This document shows, in pieces, positions 26,761 through 41,608 of a DNA stretch of 64,000 nucleotides. The DNA comes from Octopus sinensis. Its lineage: Eukaryota. The stretch's first letter is position 1. The number at the start of each line of letters is the position of its first letter. The position numbers were made by a program, and so were the translations under genes. Below the pieces are notes generated by a model. That model searched no databases. It was not told the origin of the DNA and saw only the letters and a program-made list of their open reading frames with translations. The DNA is taken from assembly GCF_006345805.1 (NCBI RefSeq), contig NC_042998.1, forward strand, positions 135,842,001 to 135,906,000, read 5' to 3'.

Positions 26761-29299
26761 AAAGGACTTTTATAGGAAAAGGGACAAAACTGCTTTTCAC
26801 CCTAGATCATGGGATGTGTCTTGACAGGTTAAAGCATCAATATAGCACAAACAGCAAAACAGTGACAATGGCAGGAACAGCAATGATGACAACTATTATT
26901 GTTATCATTAAGGCAGCAAGGCTGGCAGAATCATCCATCTTTTTAGTTCTGAGTTCAAACTCCACTAAAGTTGATTTTGCTTCACATCCTTTCGGAGTTG
27001 ATAAAATAAGCACCAGTCAAGCAGTGGCGTCAATGTAATCATATTACCCCTTCCTAAACTTGCTGGCCACAAGCCAAAATTTGAAACCATTCTTCTTCTT
27101 CTTCTCCTCCTCCTCCTCATTATTTTATAGAAATAAATGATGTTTGTTTATGTACAATTAAAGTTAAAATGAACAGTAATTCCATGGAGTGTATCAAAAT
27201 CATAAATAATTGGTGTCTTATATAAACAAGAGTTCATCAGATTATTAATGGCTGATAGAAAAAGAATGTTAATTTATATAATTTTAATTGAAAAGAAAAA
27301 AAAACTCAAAATCATTTGAGATTGATGAAGAGAAAGGAGAAGACATTAAAATTTTAGCATCTCTGCAAAATAATGAGTTTTTTATAACCATAAAATCATT
27401 ATTCATCATCAGTAGATCTGACTAGGTTAGGATAGGTTCTGCCCAGGCAATTGACTAACTATCAATGTGCCCTAATGTCCATCTACTTGAGATGGTCTGA
27501 CTAAGGGCTACAGAATAACAACAACTGCTACTACCTCCCCTGTCTCTACATCTTAAGTTAAAGTTATAGTCTAAACATTTTGTGACTACATTTCTGTTGA
27601 AATACACTGCCATTGTTGCAATTAATATAAAAATAACAAAGAATTTAGTAAAATAATTTTGCCATAATTAAACTGGTGTTTGGAACATAATTTACCATGA
27701 AAGGTTTCAATTTAGATTACTTTAAAATATAAAGTATGTATCATAGAATCATGGACAGTCTCAAATAGGTTGGCATCAAAATGGTTAAATTCTTGTCATG
27801 CTAATATCATTTGAATAAGTTTGTTAATTCATGGGTTTTACAATTAGATGCTTTTGGTATAAAATATGAGTGAGGAGTAGAAATAATATGCTACCCAATT
27901 CAACACCAAAAGTAGTGAGTGAACCTCTATACAGTTGTTTGACCTATAACACATAGCAAGCAAATATCCTTCCAATCTCACCCTACCATGTTAAAAATAG
28001 AAAGGCATATTAGATATTGTGGCTTGTGATGCACAACAACTGAAAATAAGATGCAATGGCCTTGGTTGGAAGATTTTTTATCGTATTTCTTCTGCTTGAT
28101 CAGAGCTGACCCAGAGCTAAAGACTAACACCACACTAACACCATCTGATCCTTGGATATTTTAGCTATAGATGGTTGACCCAAAACATTTGACTTAATGC
28201 CACCACCTGTTTCTTGGTTAGTTAGAGTATCAGAGTGCACAACTAGGGACAGGACTAAAAGAACATGAAACTATATTTAACAAGTAGTTAAGTCATTGCA
28301 ATCATATTACCATGAGCAAAAAATAGTAAATCAATCAAGACTATCTCTGCAGTGATGATAAGAAAGTATTAGCTCAAGGTTGGTAGGGATGGCAACTTCA
28401 AAATCCCAATTAATTAAATGTGGTTTAGGCCTTGTGTTATCTCTCCTTTCTGCCTGCAAGATGATTTACATGTTTCTCTTCAAATGATGTAACAATATTC
28501 CTCATTAGAACACACAGCATAAGATTCTGTTAACTGCTATGGTATTAAGTTGCTGAGGTGTGAGGTTTCTCTGGCTTGGATCTTGTGAATATTTATAAAA
28601 GTTGCACAATTTTTAGATTTAGTATTTGTTATTATAGTTGCTTAGTACCAAGTTAACCCTGAGTGAACAGACCTATGATTAAATATGCTCCAGTCATGAC
28701 CAGTTTCAGGAATGGTGCCTCTTAAGACTACGGTATCCAATGTGTCAGATTTAATAGTAACTTACAATAGCAGAATACAAGATCAATAAATTATCTTCTG
28801 TTCTGTTTCACAACTGATTTAGTTAAGATTTTTATCACCTAGCAGCACCTTCTCTACAGACTGAATAAATACACAAATAAACTTGGCAAGATTTGATTTC
28901 AGAATTGTAAATCATCAAATTACATATCAGTTTCCAGTTACTCCAACATCTGATATTGTCTTCTTAAATATTTAATCAGCAGCTAGATCGACCAAAACAA
29001 GTAATGGTCAGAGGTTTAGCTAAAGGCATAGGTGCCACCCTGTTGTAGAACAGAAACTAATCAATGAACTGAGTTGCTGATACTTTATCTACTCAGGCAA
29101 GGTAACTCTTGACTAGAAGACTATATAATCATACACTATGTAGTATAATATGCCAAGTATTACTTACACAAATTCTGTCTACTCTTTCAAATGAAGATTA
29201 ACAAAAACAGAAACCAAACAAAGCAAAATAAAAAAAAACCACTTTCTGGAATTGCCAATATAAAAAGTGAAAGAAATTATTGATAGTGGTTAATCGAAG

Positions 29300-30420
29300 T
29301 AAGCCACTTCAGCTAGCATTTGTTGACCTGGGGAACACCTTTGACAGGGTTCCATGTTATGTAGTCAGGTGGTTGCTGAAGAAACAGGAGGGAGATAAAT
29401 GGGTTATAGCAACCATGCAAGCTATGTACAGGGGTGAAGTCAACAAGGTGGATTAGCAAAGTATATAACAAGGAACTTAGTATGCAGATCAGGATCAATC
29501 AACCACAGCTCAGTTTTCAGCTTTCCATTGTTTATTACAGTCCTCCAAGCTATAGATGTTTAAAATCAGCTTTCCATGGGAATGCTTGAGTACTGACAGG
29601 TTATTTCTTATAGCTGAAACTATGGAATTCCATGGAAGCACAGAATTTCTTCTCTATGAGAGCAAAACTTGGAATTTAAAAGCCTTAAAATAAATTTTAA
29701 AGTTTTAGTGAGGAGAGGAGTCATGATATTGTTGCCATCAGAGCTAGAAATTCTGTGTAGTATACCTAGAGCAAACTAGGGATGCATGAAGGATGTATGT
29801 GGAAGATGCACAGGAGCGGATAATACACATGGAATAGATTCTTTCAAATGTCCAGAAGTCTTTATAGTGGCAGCTGATAGCTTTTGTTGCTTAGATGACT
29901 AGATTAGCACAGGAAATGAGTATATTGAAAGCATGGTAGCTGAAGAAGGAACAGGTTGGAAACAACTTAGGAAGCTATTACCCCTGCTGGTAACAAAGGG
30001 TTTCTCTCTCACAATGAAGGACAAGATTAAATAATCTTTATGTATGAAGTATGATACTACATGGTAGTAAGAACTGGGCCTTGAATGTGACAGATTTTTG
30101 ATGGTTAGAAAGTAACAAAGTGAACATGCTACACTAGATGTGTAATGTTAGTGTACATAAATGATGGGACAGAAATGAGTAGAGAGAAAAGCTGGATTTA
30201 AGGGGAATTAGACTGCTCTACAGTACAGACATGATGCATAATGAGAACGTCAGTTGTATAACAGTACCAGTCATAAATCCAAAAAGAAATGAGACTGGGT
30301 AGTGAAGATTAATCACATGAAGTTGATGACAAAGGAATATATGTTATGATCTGCAATGCTGAAAGAGACCTGCTCTCCTATTTTTAAGCATGGCAAAAAT
30401 GAAAGTTAAAATGATGGGAG
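29300..30420 (+). mobile_element. Decayed RTE-clade LINE (RT domain to 3' end)
   Basis: LAFVDLGNTFDRVP..W..MQAMY; GWKQLRKLLPLLVTKGFSL; MILHGSKNWAL; MCNVSVH; REKLDLRGIR. Ends AAGCATGGCAAAAATGAAAGTTAAAATGATG. Confidence 0.8.
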
Positions 30421-32265
30421 TGATGGAGATTGAGATATGATCTGTCTATATTCAACCCCCCCTACCACCACCACATTATCTTTCTCCCTTTGTTCAATCA
30501 CTACCCCTATGAAATAAAAGATGAATGTCATACCTGTCATATGTAATCCCCTCCTACCATTACTTAGTATCACTACCTTTTCCCCACCATACTGCCTGTC
30601 TAGTGATGCATGGCAAATCTGGCTGTACTCAATCCTCCTGCCATCATCCTTCTTTATAACCAGCCATCAATCTTTTTCTCTCATTAATCTAACATTTATC
30701 ATTCACATCCATTACCCCCCACACTCTCTCACTGTATGATATTGTCAATTATTTTTACTGCTATTCATTACAAGTGTTTTGCTCTTACCATTGCCCATCA
30801 CTTTATAATTATTCATTTCTCTCTCTTTCTCTCTCTCTCACAAACACTTATTAATCCTTTTATCACTTATTGTTGGCAAACATCACATTTATTTGTTTCC
30901 ATTACTCCCTCTTCTCCTGTCATGTCACTCATGCTACTTTCTGATTCAATTTCCTTACCAACAACCAACATGTAGCTGCCTACCACTATATCTCTACTAC
31001 TGCTATTCCCTCTACCACCTTCTCAACATAGTCTTGTTTCTTCTAGTTGCCCTCTTGATAACATTATTTTGAAAGAATGGTGACAACTTACAGTAGAAAG
31101 AACTCTTTGGTTTTAAAACAACAAAGCAACCTCTCTAGTGCTGGTGCCACAATAAAATACCCAGCACACTACATAAAGTGGTTAGCAAATGAATGAAGAC
31201 CGCATAAGGTAGAAAAGGCTCTTTAGTCTTGTTGAGGACAAGGCTTGTTGAGCCTTTTTTGTGCTGGTAGCATGATAAAATAAACTCAGTACACTCTGAA
31301 AAGTGGTTAGTGAGAGGAAAAGTGGCCAGCTATAGAAACCATGTGAAAAATGGAAAGCAAAAATGAGATATGGTCCCCCGACCCATCTAGAAAAACAGTG
31401 AATCTGAGGAGACTCAGACCATAAGAACCCATCTGACCTATGTCAGTATAGAAGGCAGATGAAAAATGGTGATGGTGGTGGTGATGATGATGATGATGAA
31501 TTTCATGTCAACAGTATTGTTGTTTGAGAATTATAATTTTATTGTTCATGAAAATAATTATATTTGCCAACACATTCCAACCCTACAAACATGCTGCCTC
31601 CTCACTCTGCCTTTTCTACTGCAACTATGGTGGTCACTACTCCTCAGAAGTGGATAACTTTGTGTCACCTCAAGCCTTCTTGACCCAATTGTTATTCCTT
31701 CTCTTATTTCCCATATTGTGTCAATCTCCTTCCATGAAAGCCCAGCATGAACCACTTCCATCTCGTCCCTCATCTTCAGAATATCAACTCTCAGAAATTT
31801 TTTTCCCTGATCATGTTTTTCCTGCAGTTATAAATTTGTCAATTTGGCAGATCTCAGAGCACCTGTGAAGACCACGGGCTTAAAGTCTTTTACTAAATTT
31901 GTGCTTCTCAGATTTTTATAGTTCAGTGCTCTTTTTCACAAAATAGTATTTTGCAAACATTTTCACCTCGTGTCTAAATACAAAAAAGATAGCAGATTAT
32001 TTTAATCAAAAGAAGCATATTTTGTACAGCGGTTTACTATTCATATTTTGTAATAGCATCCTATCCAATATGCTCTCCACTTTCACCATTTGTGCAAAAT
32101 AGTACCGCTATATTAAATTTTTATGGAAATTACTAAAGAAAATTGGGATTTATACGACAAAATTATATTAGAACTTGGAACATCATTAGTCCTGATTCAG
32201 TTCAGTGATAACACAATGTCTTATATTCTAATCATAACAAAGATTTTTTGAAAGAAATGCAATAA

Positions 32266-32479
32266 CCCTTTTTGTTAGCATATTACAGTTGAAATACACT
32301 TCCTTTGTTTCAATTAATTTTAAAAATAATGAAAAATCTAATAAAATAACTGTGTCCTCATTAAGTTTGTGCTTGGAATATAAATTAACATGGTGGGAAG
32401 TTTTCATTTAGATTTCTTTAAAGCAAGAAGCTTGTATTGTAGAACCAGTGTGGTTTTGGGCAGGTTGATATCAAAAGGG
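32266..32479. mobile_element. piggyBac-like MITE, family E (second copy at about 27575-27788)
   Basis: ATAA|CCCTTTTTG ... ATCAAAAGGG|TTAA. Confidence 0.7.
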
Positions 32480-32508
32480 TTAAAATATATATATTGTACC
32501 TGGTTTAA

Positions 32509-32722
32509 CCCTTTAGCATTCAAATTATTCTTTCAAATGTAATACTTATCTATTCACATTGTTTTGAATTACATTATCTCACAGCTTTGAGATTTCAATG
32601 ATATGACTGTATATTTTTAGAATAACATTGTAGGGTAGGTGTGAGAGACCAGATCCAGCCAGTTTGAACATAAAACAAGTAGAATATTTTCGCTGGATGT
32701 GGCCAGTTTAAATGCTTAAGGG
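32509..32722. mobile_element. piggyBac-like MITE, family D (others at about 39509-39938 split by a SINE, 51660-51853 and 60280-60485)
   Basis: TTAA|CCCTTTAGCATT ... AATGCTTAAGGG|TTAA: terminal inverted repeats with a TTAA target-site duplication. Confidence 0.85.
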
Positions 32723-33661
32723 TTAAATAATTTTCCCTAAAACAGTCACACCCACCCCTACCTCTAAACACCCAATACCCTTGAGAGCACGTTCTTGACA
32801 TTAGCTTCTTTGTGAGCACAGAACAACCCCAAGGGTATAATAGTGAAGCAACCATTAATCTACACCAAACCAATAAAAATAAAAATGGCAGATTGATAAC
32901 ACATCTGAACTAGTACAAAATGTACATGGAATATGGCAAACACCATGCATTATTAGACAACCTCAGTGAAGTATAACCTTCTCCATACTTGCCAAATCTG
33001 TGGTAGGAGAAGCACAATATTGACATACAATAATGTAGTTTTGGCAGAAAGGAATTAAGTTAGAAGTTTTCCAGCAAAGATCTGGTAAAAATGTTCTGAT
33101 AAATAATTTAAGAGATGAAAGAGAAAAGGTTGAAGAAATAGTCACAAACACAACCATAAAGAACCCTACCCCACAAACTCTTTCTGTTCCTCTTTCTCTT
33201 TCCCATTCTCTCTTCCTCCCTCCTCCTCTCACACACACACACACACACACTTTCTTTCTTCCTTCCATTCTCTGTAATTAAATGAAACAGCTTTAGTCTG
33301 AAACATCATTTATGAAATACATAAAAATTTATATTCGGGGTGTTAAAACAAAAGTGAAGAGAAAAAAAAAATCAAGAAACATCATTTTAATTTATCTCCT
33401 GAGTCATTTTATCTCCACTTAGATCCATACAGATATGAATTTATCCCATCTATCATGATGTTACACAAAATACCTAAAAGAAAAAAATTAGAAATAAAAC
33501 TACGACACACACACACACACACACCTGACTCTTTATACAACATTTCCATTAAACAAGAGTGAAACAGAAGACAGTAATAAATATGTATGTAATATAATCA
33601 CTCACTATTTTTCTCTACAAAAAGAAAAACAAAAAAAAATTATAAAATAAAATGAAAGGAA

Positions 33662-33700
<39 letters not shown>

Positions 33701-34200
33701 TCTGCAAATAGATGTTATCATAGATCATAACTATAATAGACTCACTTTATTGTTGAGCAAAAAGCAAGAACCATTTGTTATTACCTAAAAGAGAACAATC
33801 AACAACTTCACAAAAAAAAAATAAAAGAACTACCACGATGATGACTACAACTACTACTATTGCTACTACCACAACTACTAGAAACATCAGAGATCTATTT
33901 TGGTTCAACAAAACAGTTAGTTTAGTTGGAGAAACTGTTTAGCCAAACTCAGTTACAAAAACAAAAAATTAAAAAAAAATAAAGATAAAAAACAGAAATA
34001 ATTAAAAAAGAGTAAAGAATGAAGAGGAATGCTGTAAATTATAGATTTATTTCAGAATTAAAGAGTTTAGTAAAGTATCATTTCTAAATTCTCTGTATAT
34101 TTCCCTCCTCGGTTTGATTTTACTTCCAGTAACTAATTTATTTGATGTCTGTCATCTATTTAATAAATTTTTACATTACTATTATTACTATTATTATTGT

Positions 34201-34530
34201 GAAGGTGCATGGCTCAGTGGTTAGAGCGTCAAGCTTATGATAGTAAGGTTGTGAATTCAATTCCCAGACCAGGCTGCGTGTTGTGTTCTTGAGCAAAACA
34301 CTTTATTTCACATTGCTCCAGTTCACTCAGCTATAAAAATGAGAGGGTGACGTAACTGGTGCCAAGCTGTATCGGTTTTTGTCTTTCCCTTGGCATGGAG
34401 AGGAGAGGCTGGTATGCATGGGTAAGTGCTGGTCTTCCATAAAAACAACCTGAGGCAACTTTTCATCCAGACTTGGACCCCAGAGGGGAACCTCTCAGGT
34501 GCACCCATGGTCATTCATGACCAACAGAGT
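34201..34530 (+). mobile_element. tRNA-derived SINE, family G (related copy at about 60895-61140)
   Basis: A box TGGCTCAGTGG and B-box-like GAATTCAATTCC, followed by GTGTTCTTGAGCAAAACACTT. Confidence 0.7.
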
Positions 34531-35874
34531 CATACTATTATTATTATTTGTAGCTGAAATGAACTTCAAACTATATCATTATTATTCAATACACTTCTTG
34601 TCTCTATTGTTTTATTTATAAGTTTGTTTCATCATTCCAGCACCCCCATCATCCATTTCCACCACCACCACCTCTCTCTCTCTCTCTCTCTCTCTTTTGT
34701 GACTGTTAAATGTTTAAAAGCGCTGGATTCATAACCTGAAAGTAATCAGTTCAAACATCTGTAAAGACACTTAATTGTATCTTGGCATAATGTTTTCCAA
34801 TGCTTGTCTCAGAAGTTTATAGTAGAGTGTCTGGTGTAAAACAGAGATGGTGGGAGGAGAGGTAAGGAGAGAGAGAGAGAGAGAGACAGACACACAAACA
34901 GACAAAGAGAGGGTGAGAAAAGAGAGAAGACAAAGGAAGGAAGACAGGCATCAGGTTGTTGAAGTCATCATACATTCTAAGAACACAAACCTAATCTATG
35001 TCTACAGAGAAACATGAATGGAAATTTTCATTGTTTATTTTTGCATTTGTTTTTGTATTACACTCTCATTTCCTAAATAAACATAGCTGTTATTTAACCC
35101 TAGACCAATCTCCTCGATGCTCTCTTGTTGGTGGTAAATAAACAAAATAATAATAACAATAATAACAAGAGCACTCAGAGAGCGCAAACCTCTACCAATG
35201 CAACACCAATGTCCTCTCAACAATCAACTGGAGACGATTTTTAAAATGAGAATATCTTAAATAAAATCAACTGCTCTCACAAATGAGAATACAAAAGTGA
35301 ACCCGAGCGCTCTCAAATGGAAAAATAATCCATATACCTTGAGCAGTACCTAATCGATCCTAATGGGAATCATAGAATGTGCAAGCTGATGTGCAGGCTG
35401 TGTTTGTAAGGCTGTGTGTGTGTGTTGTCTGGGTAATGAAAATATTTGCTTGAGTGCGCACATGTTGATAAGTCTTTGGGAGTCACTATGTAAAAGTTTT
35501 GGAAACACTGGCTGGAATGCAACAGGAACTTTGGTAGAGTAACATAACTGAACATAAAAATTATAATTGTAATGAAACGCATACTGTATCATGGTCTTAA
35601 ATTCCGGTCTTCCTTTAGTAATCCTGTTGTTTTAGATCGATGTGTAAAATTTGTGTGTATATATGTAAGTATACTGTAAAGTGTTTAAATGTATGTATAA
35701 TCTCCTAATATAATAATGAGCATAGTCTTTTTATATATTTGTATATATATATATATTTGTGTGTGTATATATATATTAGAAGAAATGAGGTACTCAGAAA
35801 TTCAGATGGTTTTATATTTACAGATATTTATTTGTATATTACATGTTTTTATACATCATATAACTTATATCATA

Positions 35875-35913
35875 TATTAGCGCTTTCATCCATTCTGGTG
35901 GAGTTTTCAAATT
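35875..35913 (-). ncRNA. Hammerhead-like motif, U3:A8 variant, stem I damaged
   Basis: Minus strand: AAU [UUGAAAA] C UCCA CCAGAA UGGA U [GAAA] GCGC UA AUA. Stem III is the palindrome AGCGCU. Confidence 0.55.
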
Positions 35914-35916
35914 CAA

Positions 35917-35953
<37 letters not shown>

Positions 35954-38900
35954 AAATAGACCTAGAGTGAGAGGTGAAGGTAGAGGAGATAAATGGCAAA
36001 GAGACTGTTGTATGAACGAGAAAGAAAGGGGTGATAGATAAATAACAAACCTCACTAGTTCAGGTGGCATGAAGAAAGCACTCACTACACTCTGTAAAGT
36101 GGTTGGCACTAGGAAAGGCATCTAACTATAAAAACCATGCCAAAGATAACACTGGTGCTCAATGCAGCCCAGCAGCTCACTGGTTCATTGTTATAAACCA
36201 TCCCACCCATGCCAGCATGGAAAGCCGATGTTAAATGACGATGATGATGATGATGATGATGGAGGTGATGGGGATGATGTTCTACAATGCTATTCTATCT
36301 TCTTAGACACTTGAATGCGAGGACTTATATAATGAAAATATAATGGACCTCAGCACAGCTGACAACACAGAGGTCTATTCACAACTCAATCCAGGCAAAA
36401 AATTGTTTAAAAATATGCTTAAAGGCACAGTCATGATGATGTGGTTAAGAAGCTTGCTTTGCAATCATGTGGTTTCAGGTTCAACCCCACTGTGAGATAC
36501 CATGAGCAAGTGCTTTCTACTACAGCCCCAGATCAACCAATGTCTTGTGAATTAATTTCGTAGAGAGAAACTATGTGGAAGCCCATTGTGTGTATATTTG
36601 TGCATGTGTATGTGTGTGTGTGGGGTTGTTTCTCCCCCTTCCCCCATACACACACGCACCAAACAAATGGTGTTGGTTTGCTCATGTCTCCACAACTTCT
36701 CAATTGAACAAAAGAGACAGATAGAATAAGTTCCAGGCTTTAAGAAATAAGTAGTGGGAGCAGTCTATTCAAGGTGATGCCCCAACATGGTCACAGTCCT
36801 GTGACTGAAACAAGTAAAAGGTAAAAGACTAAAATATTTGCATCTTGTTTAAATATTTTATTTCTAAGAAAAGCTACAACTTTTCTAAATACCCAGTGCC
36901 CTCACCCTAATAATATGCTTATATCATTCACCTTCTCCTTGTGAGCTCAAAACACTCCCTAGGGGATGCAACAAACCAGGTTAAGAACCATGATTGTTGA
37001 TGAAGTTATACTGAACTCAATAACAGAAAAGAACAGGATGGAGGAGAAGAAAAGGGACAGTAAACTGGTGTGCAAAATTACCTTCTGCAAGGGTTTTTGT
37101 GGGGGTGCAAAACACGGGCAGAGATATTTGTAAAACACCATTCAGTGAAAGGGGACCCTCAACTGCAAAATGTTGAGAAAATGTTGAGAACCACTATGTG
37201 ACTGGAATTGACATCATATCCTAAATTTCAAAATACATTTGCATCCTACTTCATTACATTGTTTCATTCATACATGCCAACAAGGGAGCCTCTCAGAGGT
37301 ACTCAAGCTGCTATAAATAGCAATTAAATCTCCCTTCAAATCATACCCTTCTACTTTAAGCTTTAAGGTACTTGTCTGTAATTTAAGGGACATCTGGCTG
37401 CAATTTTTAGCAGGTAGACTAATCACAGAGTGGCTTCTTCCAATATTCCATATATTTTTGACAGGGCACATTAGATAGTGTTGTCTTAAATAATACATCC
37501 CTTAAAGACTGGGGTGGTCCTGACATAAATGCCTTAGATTATTGGTCGGCATGACCAGAGTTGACCCAGGGCTCAACAACAACAACATTTCATAGCAGTT
37601 CTTATAAACAAAATAATTTAAGGTTGCTCCACAATAAAACATGATTTAAACATGGAAATATTACAAGAAATATCAATGTTATATTCCTTCAAGGATAACA
37701 AGTTATTTGAGATGGGTGATAAATATCTACAAACAGTGGTGGTGGTGGGGGTGACAAATGTAAAATGGAAGCATAAAACATATATGTAATGGAATTCAAA
37801 GAATATTCTTTTCTCCTTCAAACTTCCAGTGAATTATCACGGAAATGGTGCTATATTTTGCTTTTCCTGTTTCTTATGCATGTTATATGATCAGTGAGTA
37901 AGAAACAAACTGCTGCTATCTAGATGAAGGGAAATTAATAAAAAAACAGAATAAAAAAATCCCTACAAATTAGATGTATAAATATAATATGACGATGATT
38001 CAGGAAATTTATTTATTTTTATAAATTCTACATGAATAGGTTAGTGTGTGTGTGTGTGTATGCGTGTGCGTGCATGCATTTCATTTATAGATACAAAAAA
38101 ATATAGTGCAGAATGCAGCCTCTACAAAATGTATTGACTGCCTAGAAATAGCAACCAAATCTCCCTACAATCATACCCAATGACAGTGTAGAAGTAGAAA
38201 AGAAGTAGAAAAAAGACAATGGTTATAGCAGGGGAAACTTTGATCACATAGGGGCTGGCCAAGGGTTAAACAGCCACAACAACAACAAAAACATTAGCAG
38301 TATTGGTCTTAAATATTTTGGAAATAGTTCCCACACTGAAATTTCAGTGGTGGATGGAAAACACAAATATTGCTAATATGTGTCAAATTATCTCATCCAT
38401 GTAATGGCTTTTAGATGATTTGGAGGCAATATCCATCACAGAGAAAAACCACAGTTAGTTAATATATTCCCCCTCTGATCTTATTAAGTTCTGTGAAATA
38501 ATTCACGCAACTTGACATCTCCTCTAGTCAAACCCTCCATTATGAATTTCCAGCATGAAAGATTGGGATATGCCTCATATGCAATTGTGCAGGACTATTG
38601 GCTTCAAGCATTTTGTTAACAAAATATTCTTTTAATTTTCTCTTATTTCAGTCATTGGATTGCAACCATACTGGAACAGCACATTGAAGAGTTTAGTTGA
38701 ACCAATTTTATCAGTCTCTTTTGCTCAACTGCTAAGTTACAGAAATGTAAACAAACCAACATCAGTTGTCAAACAGTGGAGGGACTAACACACACACACA
38801 CACACAAACATGTGCACACAAATACACACATGCACACAAACATACACACACACACACATATGCACACATGATATGCTTCTACAGTGTCCATCTACCAAAT

Positions 38901-41008
38901 TCATTCATAGAGTACTGGTCAATCTGGGGTTGTAGAAGACACTTGCCCAAGGTGTCATGCAGTGGGACTGAACCCAAAACCACATGGTTGCAAACTGAGC
39001 TTCTTAACTACATAGCCATATTTCTATTATAACTTTACTTAAAAACAAATTGAAGAAAAACATATAATGATGTCAGTTATTTGCAATGACAGCTAAAATA
39101 TATAATTTATCAATCCTGATGAGCAGAGGGGAATTAGATATAAAGAAAGTAGAGGAAGAGGTTGTTTCAGAAAGTAATCTGTAAGATCTAAAATGGATTG
39201 ATTACAATCTTTTAAAATATTCATAAAATATTCTTAATGAGATTCATAGCTGCACAAATTCAGATATTTGTATTAATACTGTGGAGCAGAAGATTTCTGA
39301 TAGCAATGTAGACATAGTTACAAGGTGGAGAATTTTGCCTGGCAGCACTTAAGATAAGTGCCTTGTACCAAAGCCTCTAATTCACAAATGTCTTGAGAAT
39401 GAAATTTAGAATATACAAACTGTGAAGACATTTGTCGTGAGAGTGAGAGTGAGAGAGAGAGAGAGAGAGAGAGCATACACAGACTGTAGGTATGATATGG
39501 AAAAGTTTACCCCTTTAGCATTTTACCTGGCCATATCTGACCCAGCTGTTCTATGTTCAACCCGAAAAAAATTTCTACTAAAGGTATAAGGCCTGAAATT
39601 TTGGAGGAAGAGGTAAGACAATTACACTGACCCCAGTACTTAACTGGTACTTAATTTATCAACCCTGAAAGGATGAAAAGCAAAGTCGACCTTAGCAGAA
39701 TTTGAACTCAGAACATAGTGGCAGACGAAATACTGCTAAGCTTTTTGCCCAGCATGCTAACAATTCTGCCAAGCTCACTGCCTTAGATCTAGCCTCTTAT
39801 ACCTGCCCTACAATGTTATTCCAAAAATAAGGAATCATTTTGCTGAAATCTCAATGCTACAAGACAATGCATGATTAATTCAAAACAATGTGAGAAAATA
39901 AGCATTACATTTAACAAAATAATCTGAATGCTAAAATGCCCTTGTTTGTTTTCATTTTGATATTAACATCTTCAACTGACCACTTGCCATTAATATATAA
40001 GCTATATTAGGCAGAATTATTAGCAAGCCAGGCAAAATGCTTACTAGCATTTCCTCTGTTCTTAAGTTCTAAATTCAAATTCTGCCAAGGTCAACTTTGT
40101 CTTTCATCTTTTCAGGTTTGATAGAATAAGTATCAGTTGAGCACTGGAGACAATGTAATCAACTCACTCTCCCCCAAACTGCTGGCCTTGTGCCAAAATT
40201 TGAAATCAGTATACACAAGCCATATAAGGTGGCAAGCTGACAGAATTGTTAGCATGCCAAGTAAAATGCTTAGTGACATTTTGTCCACTTTACGCTCTGA
40301 GTTCAAATTCTACTGAGGTCAACTTTGCCTTTCATTCTTTTAGGATTGACAAAATAAGTACCAGTTGAATTGCTGGTCTTGTGCCAAAATTTGAAATCAA
40401 TATTCAAGCTATATAATTAACATATACGGTAGTCTTTACATGGTTACTTGATTCGCTAAAAATAGCAGTGGAATTCTCTTCTAATTACACCTTACCATTT
40501 CAGAAAAGGAAGGACACACTGGATAATGTTTCCATGGACACAATGTTTGAAAATAAGCTGGAATAGTCATGGCCAAGCAACCACAAGTAGTCTTTTAGCT
40601 ATAAATACTACTTTCACCACCAGCACCATCATTGTTGCCAAACCATGGGTCAATAAGGGAGCCTATGTGTGTTCATCCAACCTGATAGAAATATCAGCTT
40701 AGTTTCTCTCAATTAACACCTTATCAAACTGAAAAAGGAAAGATTTATTGGATAGTGTAGCTGTAGAAACACCAGCTGAAAATAAAATCGGTTTGTTGTT
40801 ATTGGATGGAATGTTTTGATTAGAAGTTGTCCTGATCAGAGGAAGCAGCTGTCCAAATAACAATAACAAATGAAGTTTGCTTCCCAACCACATGCCTCTG
40901 GGTTCAGTCCTATTGTATGGCACCTTGGAAAAGGGTCTTCTGTTATAGCTCTGAGTTGATCAAAGCCCAGTGAGTGGATCTGGTAGATGGAAACTGGAAG
41001 ACTCCTAT

Positions 41009-41055
<47 letters not shown>

Positions 41056-41150
41056 TGAAGTTAAGCACATAAATGTGAAACAAGGTAGAAAAAAGAGTAC
41101 TCAAATATCAGAGGTAGAGTAATATGCTTTATTTAAAAGCAGCAGAAATA

Positions 41151-41205
41151 TAACAAAAGCTGTTACTCAGAGTTTCACATTCCTGTTTGTCGGACAGTTT
41201 TGTTA
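41151..41205 (-). ncRNA. Minimal type I hammerhead, core mutated
   Basis: Minus strand: UAACAAAA CUGU [CCGACAA] ACA GGAA UGU [GAAA] CUC U GAG UA ACAG C UUUUGUUA. All three stems pair, and stem I is 12 bp with one bulge. Confidence 0.7.
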
Positions 41206-41571
41206 AAATGGAACAGAAATAACAATATAATCAAAACTAGTTAAAAGGGATTTGTTTCATTGGTCCTTTCAATTAACGATCTTAAGCATGCAATGAACAA
41301 AATAAGTGAACTCAATATAAATTCATCCTATTGTAAAATCGAAGAAAACCTTAAATCGAAGAGCAGATTCAAAACATATTATAAATAATTATATACGAAA
41401 TATAATTCAATTAATACATTAAACTTAAAATTTTCACGCTGTATTACATAAATATTTTACAACAGTATATATCCATACTAGACCATCTATAATATACATA
41501 TATACATCAAAATACACAGATGCATGCACATAGTTACATACATATACAGACATATATATATGCGTGAATGA

Positions 41572-41608
<37 letters not shown>

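Noticed and set aside
34201-34275. tRNA gene candidate (also applies to other SINE heads)
   Set aside because: A/B boxes are present, but there is no complete cloverleaf and the sequence runs into a SINE body.
35548-35590. Possible seventh hammerhead on the plus strand (ATTATAATTGTAAT GAAA CGCATA)
   Set aside because: There is no recognisable CUGANGA or UUGANAA box at the right position and no stem I.
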